A stretch of 64,000 nucleotides of DNA, from NCBI GenBank assembly GCA_965242965.1, contig OZ251518.1, positions 512,001 through 576,000 on the forward strand. The letters are read 5' to 3'. The notes under the pieces are model-generated. The model saw nothing but the letters and a program-made list of their open reading frames with translations. It made no database searches and was not told where the DNA came from. Made by a program: the position numbers and the translations under genes. The DNA comes from Candidatus Poribacteria bacterium (GTDB taxonomy: Bacteria; Poribacteria; WGA-4E; WGA-3G). Below, one piece after another: positions 12,816 to 21,319 of the stretch (its first letter is position 1; each line of letters begins with the position of its first letter).

Positions 12816-13172
12816 GAGGGTGTTTCATATTTCGATGCCTTCCCCTTAGGAGAGACCTCCTGGTCTCAATGTTCCCGTAGCGCGGGGGCCTGTCCCCCGC
12901 GAGTGCCATCGTCCCGATGTGTGTTTCCCCTCTGTAGTTTGTGATTGCCTGATCACAAACGGGTCAGGATCTGGCGATCCTGACTTACAGGGCCTGGCAC
13001 GCGGACGCTGGCGAGGGAAACCCGCTCGGATGCGCGTGTGGCATCCGAGGGCCCTCGCCCTACGGTGAAGTGCCGTTTTTTCCGTAGCGCGGGGGCCTGT
13101 CCCCCGCGAGCGTTAGATTGCGCGGACGATATTGAGACCGGGAGGGTTCTCACAGATTTATGAAACACCCTC
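12816..13172. mobile_element. TIR-bounded REP mosaic element
   Basis: GAGGGTGTTTCATAT ... TTATGAAACACCCTC; internal GCGCGGGGGCCTGTCCCCCGCG and GTAGGAGAGACCTCC modules; no exact TSD. Confidence 0.8.
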
Positions 13173-13196
13173 CGTTAAGGCAGGAGGGAAGTTGTA

Positions 13197-14231
13197 ATGT
13201 TAACTTACAGAGGCAAGACAGCATCGGTGAGAGCCGCGGCGTTCCTAGCACTCGTTTTCATGCTGCTCGCTGCAGCGAATGCCTTCGCCGCGATTGTTTT
13301 CCGTTCGACCTGCGATGGCAACGGCGACATCTACGTCATGAACGATGATGGCAGCACCGTCACACGACTCACCAACACACCACTGCCGGAGTATCGCCCG
13401 CGCTGGTCTCCGGATGGCAGCGGTATCCTTTTTGTGCGAAAGTTTCGCGAACAACATGCCAATATCTTCCTCATGGATGCTGATGGCGGCAATGAACGGC
13501 ACCTCACGCATCATCCATCGGATGGACAACCCACCTGGGCACCCGATGGACGACACATTGCCTTCAAGAGTCGCCGCAGTGGCAATGCAGAAATTTACAT
13601 TATGGAGGTTGCAAGTGGGCAGTTGCGGCAACTCACGAAAACGGCGCGGGAGGAAGGGTTCTCCTCCGCGCCAAACTGGTCTCCGGATGGGCACCATATC
13701 GCTTATGAACATGTCGGCGCAAACGGCCGCCATATCTACATCGTTGATCGGGAGGGCAAACGGCCGCGGCCCTTTCTTAAAGGCCCCCAGCCGCATCTTG
13801 TGGGTGAACATCTGATTTCGCGTTACGCGCCGCGCTGGTCGCCGGATGGACAACACTTGGTGTATGAAGAAATTGAGTATCAGTTCGATCCGGCAAAACC
13901 GCTGCGTGTTTCCAACAAACTGATTGTGGTGGACAAGCACGGCAGACACCCGAACGTCCTGAAGATTCCAGAGACATGGTATGTCAATTATGCGTGTTGG
14001 GCGGCGGATGGCACGCAGATTCTTTTCGTCGCGGCGGAAGAGAGGTTGTTGGACCAGTTGCCGATTCGGGATTATGATATTTATCGGTATCATCGTTCGA
14101 GTGGCAAGATTGCGCAACTCACCGATACGCCGTATAAAGAGGTTTCACCGGACTGGACACCGCTGCGGCTGTCTGTTTCTGCCAATGGTAAAATCTCAAC
14201 CCAGTGGGGACAAGTGAAGCGCGCGGATTAA
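13197..14231 (+). CDS. TolB-like beta-propeller (PD40 repeats), secreted, copy 3
   Basis: Signal peptide ending AFA, WSPDG repeats, tail SVSANGKISTQWGQVK; shares KGPQPHL.GEHL with copy 2. Confidence 0.9.
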   Translation: MLTYRGKTASVRAAAFLALVFMLLAAANAFAAIVFRSTCDGNGDIYVMNDDGSTVTRLTNTPLPEYRPRWSPDGSGILFVRKFREQHANIFLMDADGGNERHLTHHPSDGQPTWAPDGRHIAFKSRRSGNAEIYIMEVASGQLRQLTKTAREEGFSSAPNWSPDGHHIAYEHVGANGRHIYIVDREGKRPRPFLKGPQPHLVGEHLISRYAPRWSPDGQHLVYEEIEYQFDPAKPLRVSNKLIVVDKHGRHPNVLKIPETWYVNYACWAADGTQILFVAAEERLLDQLPIRDYDIYRYHRSSGKIAQLTDTPYKEVSPDWTPLRLSVSANGKISTQWGQVKRAD

Positions 14232-14289
14232 CCGAGCAATGAAGACATGTGCGCGGGGCACTCCGCGCACATACCTGATACTGTCACCA

Positions 14290-14565
14290 CGGTAGGTGAG
14301 GGCCAGGTTCTCGCCTGCCGCAGAAGGGGGCCGTTTTTCGACGCAGAAACCCGCCCGATACCGTAGCGCGGGGGCCTGTCCCCCGCGAACGGCCGGTAGA
14401 CCACAGCATGGCGAGGGACAGGCCCCCGCCCTACGATGAAGGGAGACCGTTTTTCGACTCAGAAACCCTCACGATACCGTAGCGCGGGGGCCTGTCCCCC
14501 GCGAACGGCCGGTAGCCCACGGCATGGCGAGGGACAGGCCCTCGCCCTACGATGAAGGGGAGCCG
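14290..14565. repeat. REP-like palindrome mosaic (tandem BIME-like units, no TIR seen)
   Basis: Two tandem units of GTAGCGCGGGGGCCTGTCCCCCGCG ... GGCGAGGGACAGGCCC.CGCCCTAC. Confidence 0.8.
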
Positions 14566-14641
14566 TTTGGATATCCGAAATGGGGAATTCTCTGCCAGTG
14601 ATGAATTTATCACGAACGACTTTGAGTAAAAGGAGATAACC

Positions 14642-15493
14642 ATGAAGACCAGCCTGTCCTTATCCGGCGTTTTTTGCCTCGTTTGCTTTCTCAGTCTGTC
14701 ATTATTTGGCGGCTGTGCGGGCACGGAGGACAGCGAAACTGAAACGCCAACCGCAGACACAACGCCGAGTGTCATGCCCTTTGTGCCAGTAGATATGCAG
14801 GCAGTGGAAGAACTCCGCTTACGCGCTGAATTCATTCGCGAGCAACTCTGGCAGGGGAAAATGGGGGTGCCGCTGGACTGGGACAAGACAGCAGACCCGC
14901 TGTTACGTGCCGAATACGCGCGCTTCCTGCTCCGCAAGGAGAGAATTGCGATACCTTTCAACTGGGCTCAGACAGCCGACTTGTTCGTGCGCGCCGAATA
15001 TGAACGCGCGCTGCTCCTGAAGGAGTTCGGCGATATCCCGGCGGTTCACACGATTGCGGATTACGGCAAATTCGCGCGTCTGGCTGGCGCGTCTACGGTG
15101 ACGCGTGAGGAATTCATCGCCTTTTTTGCGGCGCAATACAAACTCTTCCCGAATGAAGCAAATCGGCGTGCCTTAGAAACAGCGAGAAAACCAGAACGCG
15201 TCGCGGGGCCAGAGCTGGAGAAGATGAGAATAGTAGCACCCGAGTTATGGGCCCAACACAAGCACGAGCAGCTTATCCGGCAGCATGGGGATAGCCCACA
15301 AGTTGACATCGTTGCCGATTTTATCCGAAAGGTGGAACTGCAACTCCCCAGAACTGATGAGGAATGCCATGCTTTTCTAAAGGCATTACGGCATCTCGAT
15401 CCGTTTGAGACTCAGCATCTGAAACGGTTTGGATATCCTTATGATGAAGGCTATGCTGCGCTTGAAGCCCGAGCCCAACTCCATCTCATGTGA
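14642..15493 (+). CDS. Hypothetical lipoprotein with two 'FGDIP'-type repeats; the frame continues past TGA to 15604
   Basis: AAGGAG RBS; lipobox-like FGGC; LLKEFGDIPAVHT and LIRQHGDSPQVDI repeats. Confidence 0.78.
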   Translation: MKTSLSLSGVFCLVCFLSLSLFGGCAGTEDSETETPTADTTPSVMPFVPVDMQAVEELRLRAEFIREQLWQGKMGVPLDWDKTADPLLRAEYARFLLRKERIAIPFNWAQTADLFVRAEYERALLLKEFGDIPAVHTIADYGKFARLAGASTVTREEFIAFFAAQYKLFPNEANRRALETARKPERVAGPELEKMRIVAPELWAQHKHEQLIRQHGDSPQVDIVADFIRKVELQLPRTDEECHAFLKALRHLDPFETQHLKRFGYPYDEGYAALEARAQLHLM

Positions 15494-15734
15494 CATGAAC
15501 TAGCGTGGCGCGCCCTAGAAAAATACCGAGAAGCGAAAGCGAAGGGGATTCCATTTCGTCTCATTGACTGGGAGGACGGTGGCCCTGTTCATATCATTGA
15601 TTGATAGGGATGAAGGGGCGTAAGCATTAGCGCGGAGGAAATCTATCCCGTGGGCCGAAGTCAAATCGGAACGTTAACTGAAATTGACTGCGGACGAAAA
15701 GACGTGTGCGCGGGGCGGCCCGCGCACATGCTTT

Positions 15735-16559
15735 TTATACTGTCAATGTCACCCTGTCCTGCTTGACAATTTCCTTGGTATGTCCATACGGCGCGGAGGC
15801 AACCAATTCCAACGTTTCTGGTGAAAGCCTGTCCAGAATGGGTTGCGGCAGGTTATGTCTGCCAGTGTATTGCGGATAATAACGCAGCACGAGGAACCGC
15901 CTGTCTCTGTCCTTCGGTTTCCATCGCAGCACGCCGTGCGTGAGGAGCTCTGAAATAATCACAATATCCCCTGCCTTCGGCGTGATGTTGGTGAAAACCG
16001 GGTTATCGACAGGATCGATGCCGTCCTCTTCATCAAGCGTCAGCAAAGTTTCGGGCCGGGTGAACTCGCTCTTATGCGAACCGGGAATCACGATGAGTCC
16101 GCCATCGCCCGGATGCACGTCGGTAAAATAGGTAAAACAGACGAAGTCATCGCAATAGATGCTCCCGTTGTCTACCTCGTAGCGGGTGCTATACCATCCG
16201 TAGTCATCGCGTGCGCAGTGTAAGCCGCCCGGATTGACTTTCGCGCGTTCGCCCGGTTCCCACAAGTCGTGCTTATCGTGTTTCAGTGAGCCGCGCGCAA
16301 ACCGCGGCCGGTCCGCCGTGAATTCCTTGATAATCGGCCACGTCGCGGCGTGCATCGTCAAGCACTCTAGCGATTTGTCAAAGGCGAACCCGTGCTGATG
16401 GAGTCCCTTCACTTCAAACCCTGAGGGCAATTCATCGGGTGGTGTGTTGATATATCTGTCCACCGCCTCGGTTGCCTCGGTTAATGCGTCGCCGGTGATG
16501 ACGTTTTCTAAGTGGAGATAGCCTGTCACGTCAAAGAGATAGCGTTGTTTCGGAGTCAT
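15735..16559 (-). CDS. Phytanoyl-CoA dioxygenase (PhyH) family Fe/2OG enzyme
   Basis: YLFDVTGYL, GGLIVIPGSHKS, AGD.VI.SE.LTHG, R.F. Confidence 0.88.
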   Translation of the reverse strand: MTPKQRYLFDVTGYLHLENVITGDALTEATEAVDRYINTPPDELPSGFEVKGLHQHGFAFDKSLECLTMHAATWPIIKEFTADRPRFARGSLKHDKHDLWEPGERAKVNPGGLHCARDDYGWYSTRYEVDNGSIYCDDFVCFTYFTDVHPGDGGLIVIPGSHKSEFTRPETLLTLDEEDGIDPVDNPVFTNITPKAGDIVIISELLTHGVLRWKPKDRDRRFLVLRYYPQYTGRHNLPQPILDRLSPETLELVASAPYGHTKEIVKQDRVTLTV

Positions 16560-16577
16560 GGTTTTGATTCTCCTTCT

Positions 16578-17456
16578 CTACAGTGCCATATCAAACTTCG
16601 TTCCGGTCACGTTGCCTTTCACATAAGCGTCCCTGAAGAGTGTCTGCCGTTTTGGCGGCATCGATTCTAACAGAGCCTTCGGCGGTTTTGAAAGGCTCCA
16701 CCGTTTATCAACAGAGTTATACGCGTTGAAAACCGCAACTCTGTCGGTGTTCGGGTTGTGCCACGGCTGTCCGCTGTGCGTAATCGCTTCCGTAAAGATG
16801 ATAACAGAACCGGGGGGACAAGCGTAGGTATCCCAGAACTCCCAGTCTTGCGTATGCGCGCACGCCGGTGCGGTATAGGCAGCTTTGTGACTTCCTGTGA
16901 TGAACATTGTTCCGCCATCGCCTTTTTCCACCGGGTTGAGTTCCCACACCACGCGCGTCAATCCGCTATAGGCTTGCCCGGGGAGGCAGTGGTATTCGTG
17001 GCAGTCGCCCGGCATCCGCAACATTCCATTGCCGTTATGTGGATGGAATTTGAAAGGCGTTTCGTCTTTCGTAGAACGTAATGCCAAGAAACTCATCTCC
17101 ATGCGGAACCCGTAGCATGTCTCCGAGGCTAAATAAGCAGATGCGAGGAATTCGTTGCCGAATGCCACGATGACAGGATGATCGGTGAGTTTCTCAAGTG
17201 GGCCGCCATAGGTGGAACGATGGTGTTGCGGAATTGTCTCTGGGGCTTGCTGCAGCCGATAGCAGAAATCCCGCATCTCTTCAACCTCGGCATCTGTTAG
17301 CACGCCCGGTATTAAGAGCCACCCGTTCTTATCAAATAGGTATTTTTGCTCTTGCGTGAGTGGGCTAACCGTTGCGCCATCGGCGTTGGTTTGCGTTAGG
17401 GCTGCAGCGGACGTTGCCAATGGGCTCCCGAGGTCTTTGTTAAATTTGAGTGTCAT
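16578..17456 (-). CDS. Phytanoyl-CoA dioxygenase (PhyH) family protein
   Basis: YLFDKNGWL, GGTMFITGSHK, PGSVIIFTEAITHS, DRVA. Confidence 0.86.
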   Translation of the reverse strand: MTLKFNKDLGSPLATSAAALTQTNADGATVSPLTQEQKYLFDKNGWLLIPGVLTDAEVEEMRDFCYRLQQAPETIPQHHRSTYGGPLEKLTDHPVIVAFGNEFLASAYLASETCYGFRMEMSFLALRSTKDETPFKFHPHNGNGMLRMPGDCHEYHCLPGQAYSGLTRVVWELNPVEKGDGGTMFITGSHKAAYTAPACAHTQDWEFWDTYACPPGSVIIFTEAITHSGQPWHNPNTDRVAVFNAYNSVDKRWSLSKPPKALLESMPPKRQTLFRDAYVKGNVTGTKFDMAL

Positions 17457-17471
17457 GCATTATGCCTCCGG

Positions 17472-18455
17472 TTATCGGATTTTCCCACCTGTGAAGTAGT
17501 CTGGATTCGCGCCCAGTTTCTCCAAAAGTGGCGCGGTTACCTTGTCCAGGCTCTCAATCACCTCATCGGCAGGCGAGTATTCAACGGCGTGCAGATTCTG
17601 TTCCAGTTCACTGACATTCCGAGTGCCGACGAGCATGCACGTAATTCCCGGTCTCGCCATCGCCCATGCAATGGCAAGTCGACTCATCGGCACCTTTTCG
17701 GATTCTGCGATGCTTCGGATGCGTTCCAGCGTCTCAAACATTTCTTGTTCTGCGCCTTCCTCACCGTGTGAGGCATTCTGCCGTTCTGCGCCAAAATGGC
17801 GAAACCGCGAATGCACTGGGGGAATTTCTTCTGCACTTTTGTATTTGCCGGTCAAAATTCCTTGCAACAGCGGCATGTATCCTAAAATCCCGACGTTGTT
17901 ACGTTGGCAGAGAGGCAGGAGTTCGGGTTCTATCGCACGCGACAAAAGGTTATAGCAGAGTTGATTCACGGCGATGGATGCGCCCGTATCAATTGCATCA
18001 GTCAACTGTCCGCAGCCGAAGTTGCTCACGCCGATGGCACGGATGAGTCCGTCTTCCCGCAGACGCGTTAACACCTCCATGCTCTCTTCAATGGAGAACT
18101 CTTCGTGCGGCCAGTGAATCATATAGATGTCAACGTAGTCTGTCTGCAGTCGGCGGAGGCTAGCTTCGCAGTGCTCGCGGATAGTGCCCGGGTTAGGCGT
18201 GCTCACCTTCGTGCCGATGACTGCCTCGTGTCGTCTGCCTTTAAGTGCGATGGCGAGAGCTTCTTCACTTCTGCCATCGTTATAGCCTTCCGCCGTATCA
18301 AAGAAGTTGATACCCGCGTCCAATGCGGCGTGAGCTACTTCGGTGACATCGGATTGTGCCTGCGGCCCCCAGTAATCGCCGCCGCCGTATGCCCAGCATC
18401 CGATGCCCATCGGTGAGATTTCGATTCCAGATTCTCCACAAGTGCGTCTTTCCAT
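17472..18455 (-). CDS. Aldo/keto reductase
   Basis: FFDTAEGY, SLRRLQTDYVDIYMIHWP, IGVSNF. Confidence 0.95.
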   Translation of the reverse strand: MERRTCGESGIEISPMGIGCWAYGGGDYWGPQAQSDVTEVAHAALDAGINFFDTAEGYNDGRSEEALAIALKGRRHEAVIGTKVSTPNPGTIREHCEASLRRLQTDYVDIYMIHWPHEEFSIEESMEVLTRLREDGLIRAIGVSNFGCGQLTDAIDTGASIAVNQLCYNLLSRAIEPELLPLCQRNNVGILGYMPLLQGILTGKYKSAEEIPPVHSRFRHFGAERQNASHGEEGAEQEMFETLERIRSIAESEKVPMSRLAIAWAMARPGITCMLVGTRNVSELEQNLHAVEYSPADEVIESLDKVTAPLLEKLGANPDYFTGGKIR

Positions 18456-18470
18456 TTTTTATTCCCTCCA

Positions 18471-19301
18471 TCACATAGCCGCGCAGAGTTCTGTAATTAA
18501 CGCCGCGTTTTCGCCCACCTGATCGCCGAACTGTTGATACATGCCGAGTAGCAACGGATCGATCGGTTTGATATGCTCCAGCGCGAATTTGACTTCGGCG
18601 CGAATCTGCTCAGGGCTACCGACTGTCCTACCCGCAGCAAGCACCTTGAAAACGATGCACGGCTTATCTGTTCGCTGTATCGCCTTGCACATTGCATCCC
18701 GGTCTTCACGTGCATAGATTTCGCCGAGGGGTGCGTAACCGAACTTCTCAGTAAATTTCTCGTGTCCGCCGTGGAGGTTATAGAGCCCTGTCATGTAGTA
18801 GTCAAGATCCCACGCTTCGTCTTCGGCGATGTGCAAGAGTCTCGGGTCATGCACCGATAAACCGACAAGCACCCCGGTGTCGCGAATCCGTTTGAGGATA
18901 TCCTGCAACAGATCGAGTCTGTTTTCGCGGAGGCATCGCTGTCCCACGCCGCCGCCGTGTGGTGCCATGCCGAGTGGGTTGTGCGTCGCCGCCTCAAAAA
19001 CCAGGTCTGGTTCACGATACCAATCCGAGCTCCAACTGAGGCAGAACCAGTTCATCGTGCCGCCTTCCTCACGATAGCGCGTCAGATCTGCCAGTGAACG
19101 TTCTGTCAGGCTATTCTGCCAGCCGTTAATGCCGACTTCTTCGGCGCGCTTGAGTGTTGCCACGACGCGTGCCGGCGTATGATACTCCTTCTGATGCTGC
19201 GACAGCAGTTGGTTAAAATGCGAATAGCCGTAAATCGGGTTGTCGCCGATGAGCAGTTTGCTGATTTGGTGATTGCAGAACGAGATTTTCGGTAATGTCA
19301 T
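18471..19301 (-). CDS. Hypothetical protein, aldo/keto-reductase-like fold
   Basis: ISKLLIGDNP.YGYSH and KPCIVFKVLAAGR; GGAGG RBS before ATG 19301. Confidence 0.7.
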   Translation of the reverse strand: MTLPKISFCNHQISKLLIGDNPIYGYSHFNQLLSQHQKEYHTPARVVATLKRAEEVGINGWQNSLTERSLADLTRYREEGGTMNWFCLSWSSDWYREPDLVFEAATHNPLGMAPHGGGVGQRCLRENRLDLLQDILKRIRDTGVLVGLSVHDPRLLHIAEDEAWDLDYYMTGLYNLHGGHEKFTEKFGYAPLGEIYAREDRDAMCKAIQRTDKPCIVFKVLAAGRTVGSPEQIRAEVKFALEHIKPIDPLLLGMYQQFGDQVGENAALITELCAAM

Positions 19302-19347
19302 TGCTGAACCTCCGCTTGTAGGATAGTCCTCCCTGTCCCGATAATGT

Positions 19348-20424
19348 TTACTCAAACAAAAATCCCTTTACAACCGATGCATCGATCTCGCGAACGAGGT
19401 GCGAAAGCAGTTCCAACGTCGCGGTATAGTCGTCAATGTTGATGATAGAGACATGGCTATGCACATAACGCGCCGGTACGCCGAGCACGATTGATGGCAC
19501 ACCGGTGCCGACTTGATGAATTGAACCGCCATCGGTGCCGCCGGATTGACGCACGGCGACTTGATACGGAATCTGATGCCGTTTCGCCGTTTCAATGACA
19601 AACTCTCCCAGTTTTGGGTTGACAATCATGGAAGGGTCGTAGAGGCGGATTTGCACGCCGCCGCCGAGTTTTCCCTGCACTGCATCTCTGTCTAGGCCCG
19701 GGGTATCGTCTGCAGGCGGTCCTTCAAGTACAATTGCGATGTCAGGTTGCACGCTTGTCGCCACCGTTTTTGCGCCTCGCAATCCGACTTCTTCTTGGAC
19801 GCTTCCCGCGCCGATGACGGTGTTCGGATGTTCCTCTGGCAGTCCTAAAAGCGTCTCAATTACCAGCGCGACACCGACGCGGTTATCAAACGCTTTAGCG
19901 GAGAACAGTTTGCTGTTTTTCATCGGTTGAAAGGGCCCATAAGGTGCGATAGGGCATCCGGGCAGCACGCCGAATTCTTCTGTCGCTTGTTCTGCGTTCT
20001 CCGCGCCGATGTCAATGAAGAGGTTTTTCATGTCCATCACTTTATCGCGCTCGCCTGCCCCGAGCAGATGCGGTGGCACTGAGCCGATGATTCCCGGCAC
20101 CTTGCTGTCCTTCGTAGAGATTGTCACGCGCTGTGCTAAGAGGGTATGTGCCCACCAGCCACCGAGCGGCAAAAACTTGACATATCCGGCATCGGTTACG
20201 CGTTGCACGATGAACCCGACTTCGTCCAGATGCGAATCAAGCAGGATGCGAGGGTGTTCTGCGTTTCCGACGTGCGTGCAGAAGATACTGCCGAGCCGGT
20301 CCGTCCCGATAGTGCCGATGCCAGTTAACGCTGTGCGGAAAATCTCCCGCACCTCCGCCTCGTGGCCGGGGACTCCATGTGCTTGCGTGAGTGATGTGAG
20401 GAGTTCTATCGATTTTTGCGTCAT
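19348..20424 (-). CDS. M42 family metallo-aminopeptidase
   Basis: SHLDEVG, KAFDNR, QEEVGLRGA, GGTDGG, RYVHS. Confidence 0.95.
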   Translation of the reverse strand: MTQKSIELLTSLTQAHGVPGHEAEVREIFRTALTGIGTIGTDRLGSIFCTHVGNAEHPRILLDSHLDEVGFIVQRVTDAGYVKFLPLGGWWAHTLLAQRVTISTKDSKVPGIIGSVPPHLLGAGERDKVMDMKNLFIDIGAENAEQATEEFGVLPGCPIAPYGPFQPMKNSKLFSAKAFDNRVGVALVIETLLGLPEEHPNTVIGAGSVQEEVGLRGAKTVATSVQPDIAIVLEGPPADDTPGLDRDAVQGKLGGGVQIRLYDPSMIVNPKLGEFVIETAKRHQIPYQVAVRQSGGTDGGSIHQVGTGVPSIVLGVPARYVHSHVSIINIDDYTATLELLSHLVREIDASVVKGFLFE

Positions 20425-20467
20425 CTGTTTTGCGTTCCTTGCGGCAATTGTGGTATCATTTGGGTGT

Positions 20468-20496
20468 ATTCTAGCATGGATGCGATTTTGTGTCAA
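20468..20496 (-). promoter_or_regulatory. Sigma-70 promoter for the M42/AKR/PhyH run
   Basis: Minus strand TTGACA-17 bp-TAGAAT. Confidence 0.7.
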
Positions 20497-20518
20497 TTTT
20501 TTTGCGGGGAAAAAAGAA

Positions 20519-20547
20519 TTGACAAATGACGTAAAATAAGGTATAAT
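20519..20547 (+). promoter_or_regulatory. Perfect consensus sigma-70 promoter
   Basis: TTGACA (20519-24), 17 bp, TATAAT (20542-47); a TIR element starts 5 nt later. Confidence 0.8.
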
Positions 20548-20552
20548 AAATT

Positions 20553-20809
20553 GAGGGTGTTTCATAATTCGCTCAATGTCGCGGGGGAAACCCGCTCGCA
20601 TGCGCGTGTGGCATCCGAGCCCTCCGTGCCACGATAAAAAAACGCTTCCCCTTCACGTAGGGCGAGGGCCTGTCCCTCGCCATGTGTCTTGCTGTTAGAC
20701 TGCCTCACCCCTGTAGGTCAGGATCGCCTGATCCTGACCTGTTCGGGAGCGGGCGCTCCCGAACTACAGAGGTGGGCCCGATGCCTTTCGGTGTTTATGA
20801 AACACCCTC
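20553..20809. mobile_element. TIR-bounded REP mosaic element
   Basis: GAGGGTGTTTCATAA ... TTATGAAACACCCTC, a perfect 15-bp inverted repeat. Confidence 0.85.
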
Positions 20810-20903
20810 ATTGCAGTCACCGCGTTGGGGGCATTGCAGTTCGTCGCGCCGAGGGCGGCACGTATTTACCGAAAAGTGATAAAGGAGTTAAAAGATAAAT
20901 CTG

Positions 20904-21269
20904 ATGAGAATTCTTAAACAGAAAACTCTCAGGCTAATGGGGTTGTTACTGTGTATAATCCCGGTGACAGCGTGTTATACGGTGCTCCGCCTCCTTGGAT
21001 GTGCCGAGACGATAGCAACTCTCGCAACTGTGCTTTTTTCCGGGGTTGCTTATTTTTGGTTGCTGACCCGGATTGAAGTGTTTTTACGCAACATTTTGCC
21101 CTTCTTCCGTCCCAAACGGCGGACCGAATTTGAGGCAGTTAACCGCCGATTAGAACATTCGGATAACGATGTCGCCAAAGGTCCCAATTTATATGCCGAT
21201 GGCAACAAACCAGATGTTGACATTCCAATTATCCATGCTGCGCGGAGCCGCGTGGGAGGTTGGGTTTAG
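20904..21269 (+). CDS. Hypothetical small membrane protein
   Basis: Two hydrophobic segments; AAGGAG upstream; precedes the type III mod gene. Confidence 0.6.
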   Translation: MRILKQKTLRLMGLLLCIIPVTACYTVLRLLGCAETIATLATVLFSGVAYFWLLTRIEVFLRNILPFFRPKRRTEFEAVNRRLEHSDNDVAKGPNLYADGNKPDVDIPIIHAARSRVGGWV

Positions 21270-21319
21270 GCCTAGCGGTTGAATTCAGCGATACGAACCG
21301 ATGCCGAAGGAAAATACTA

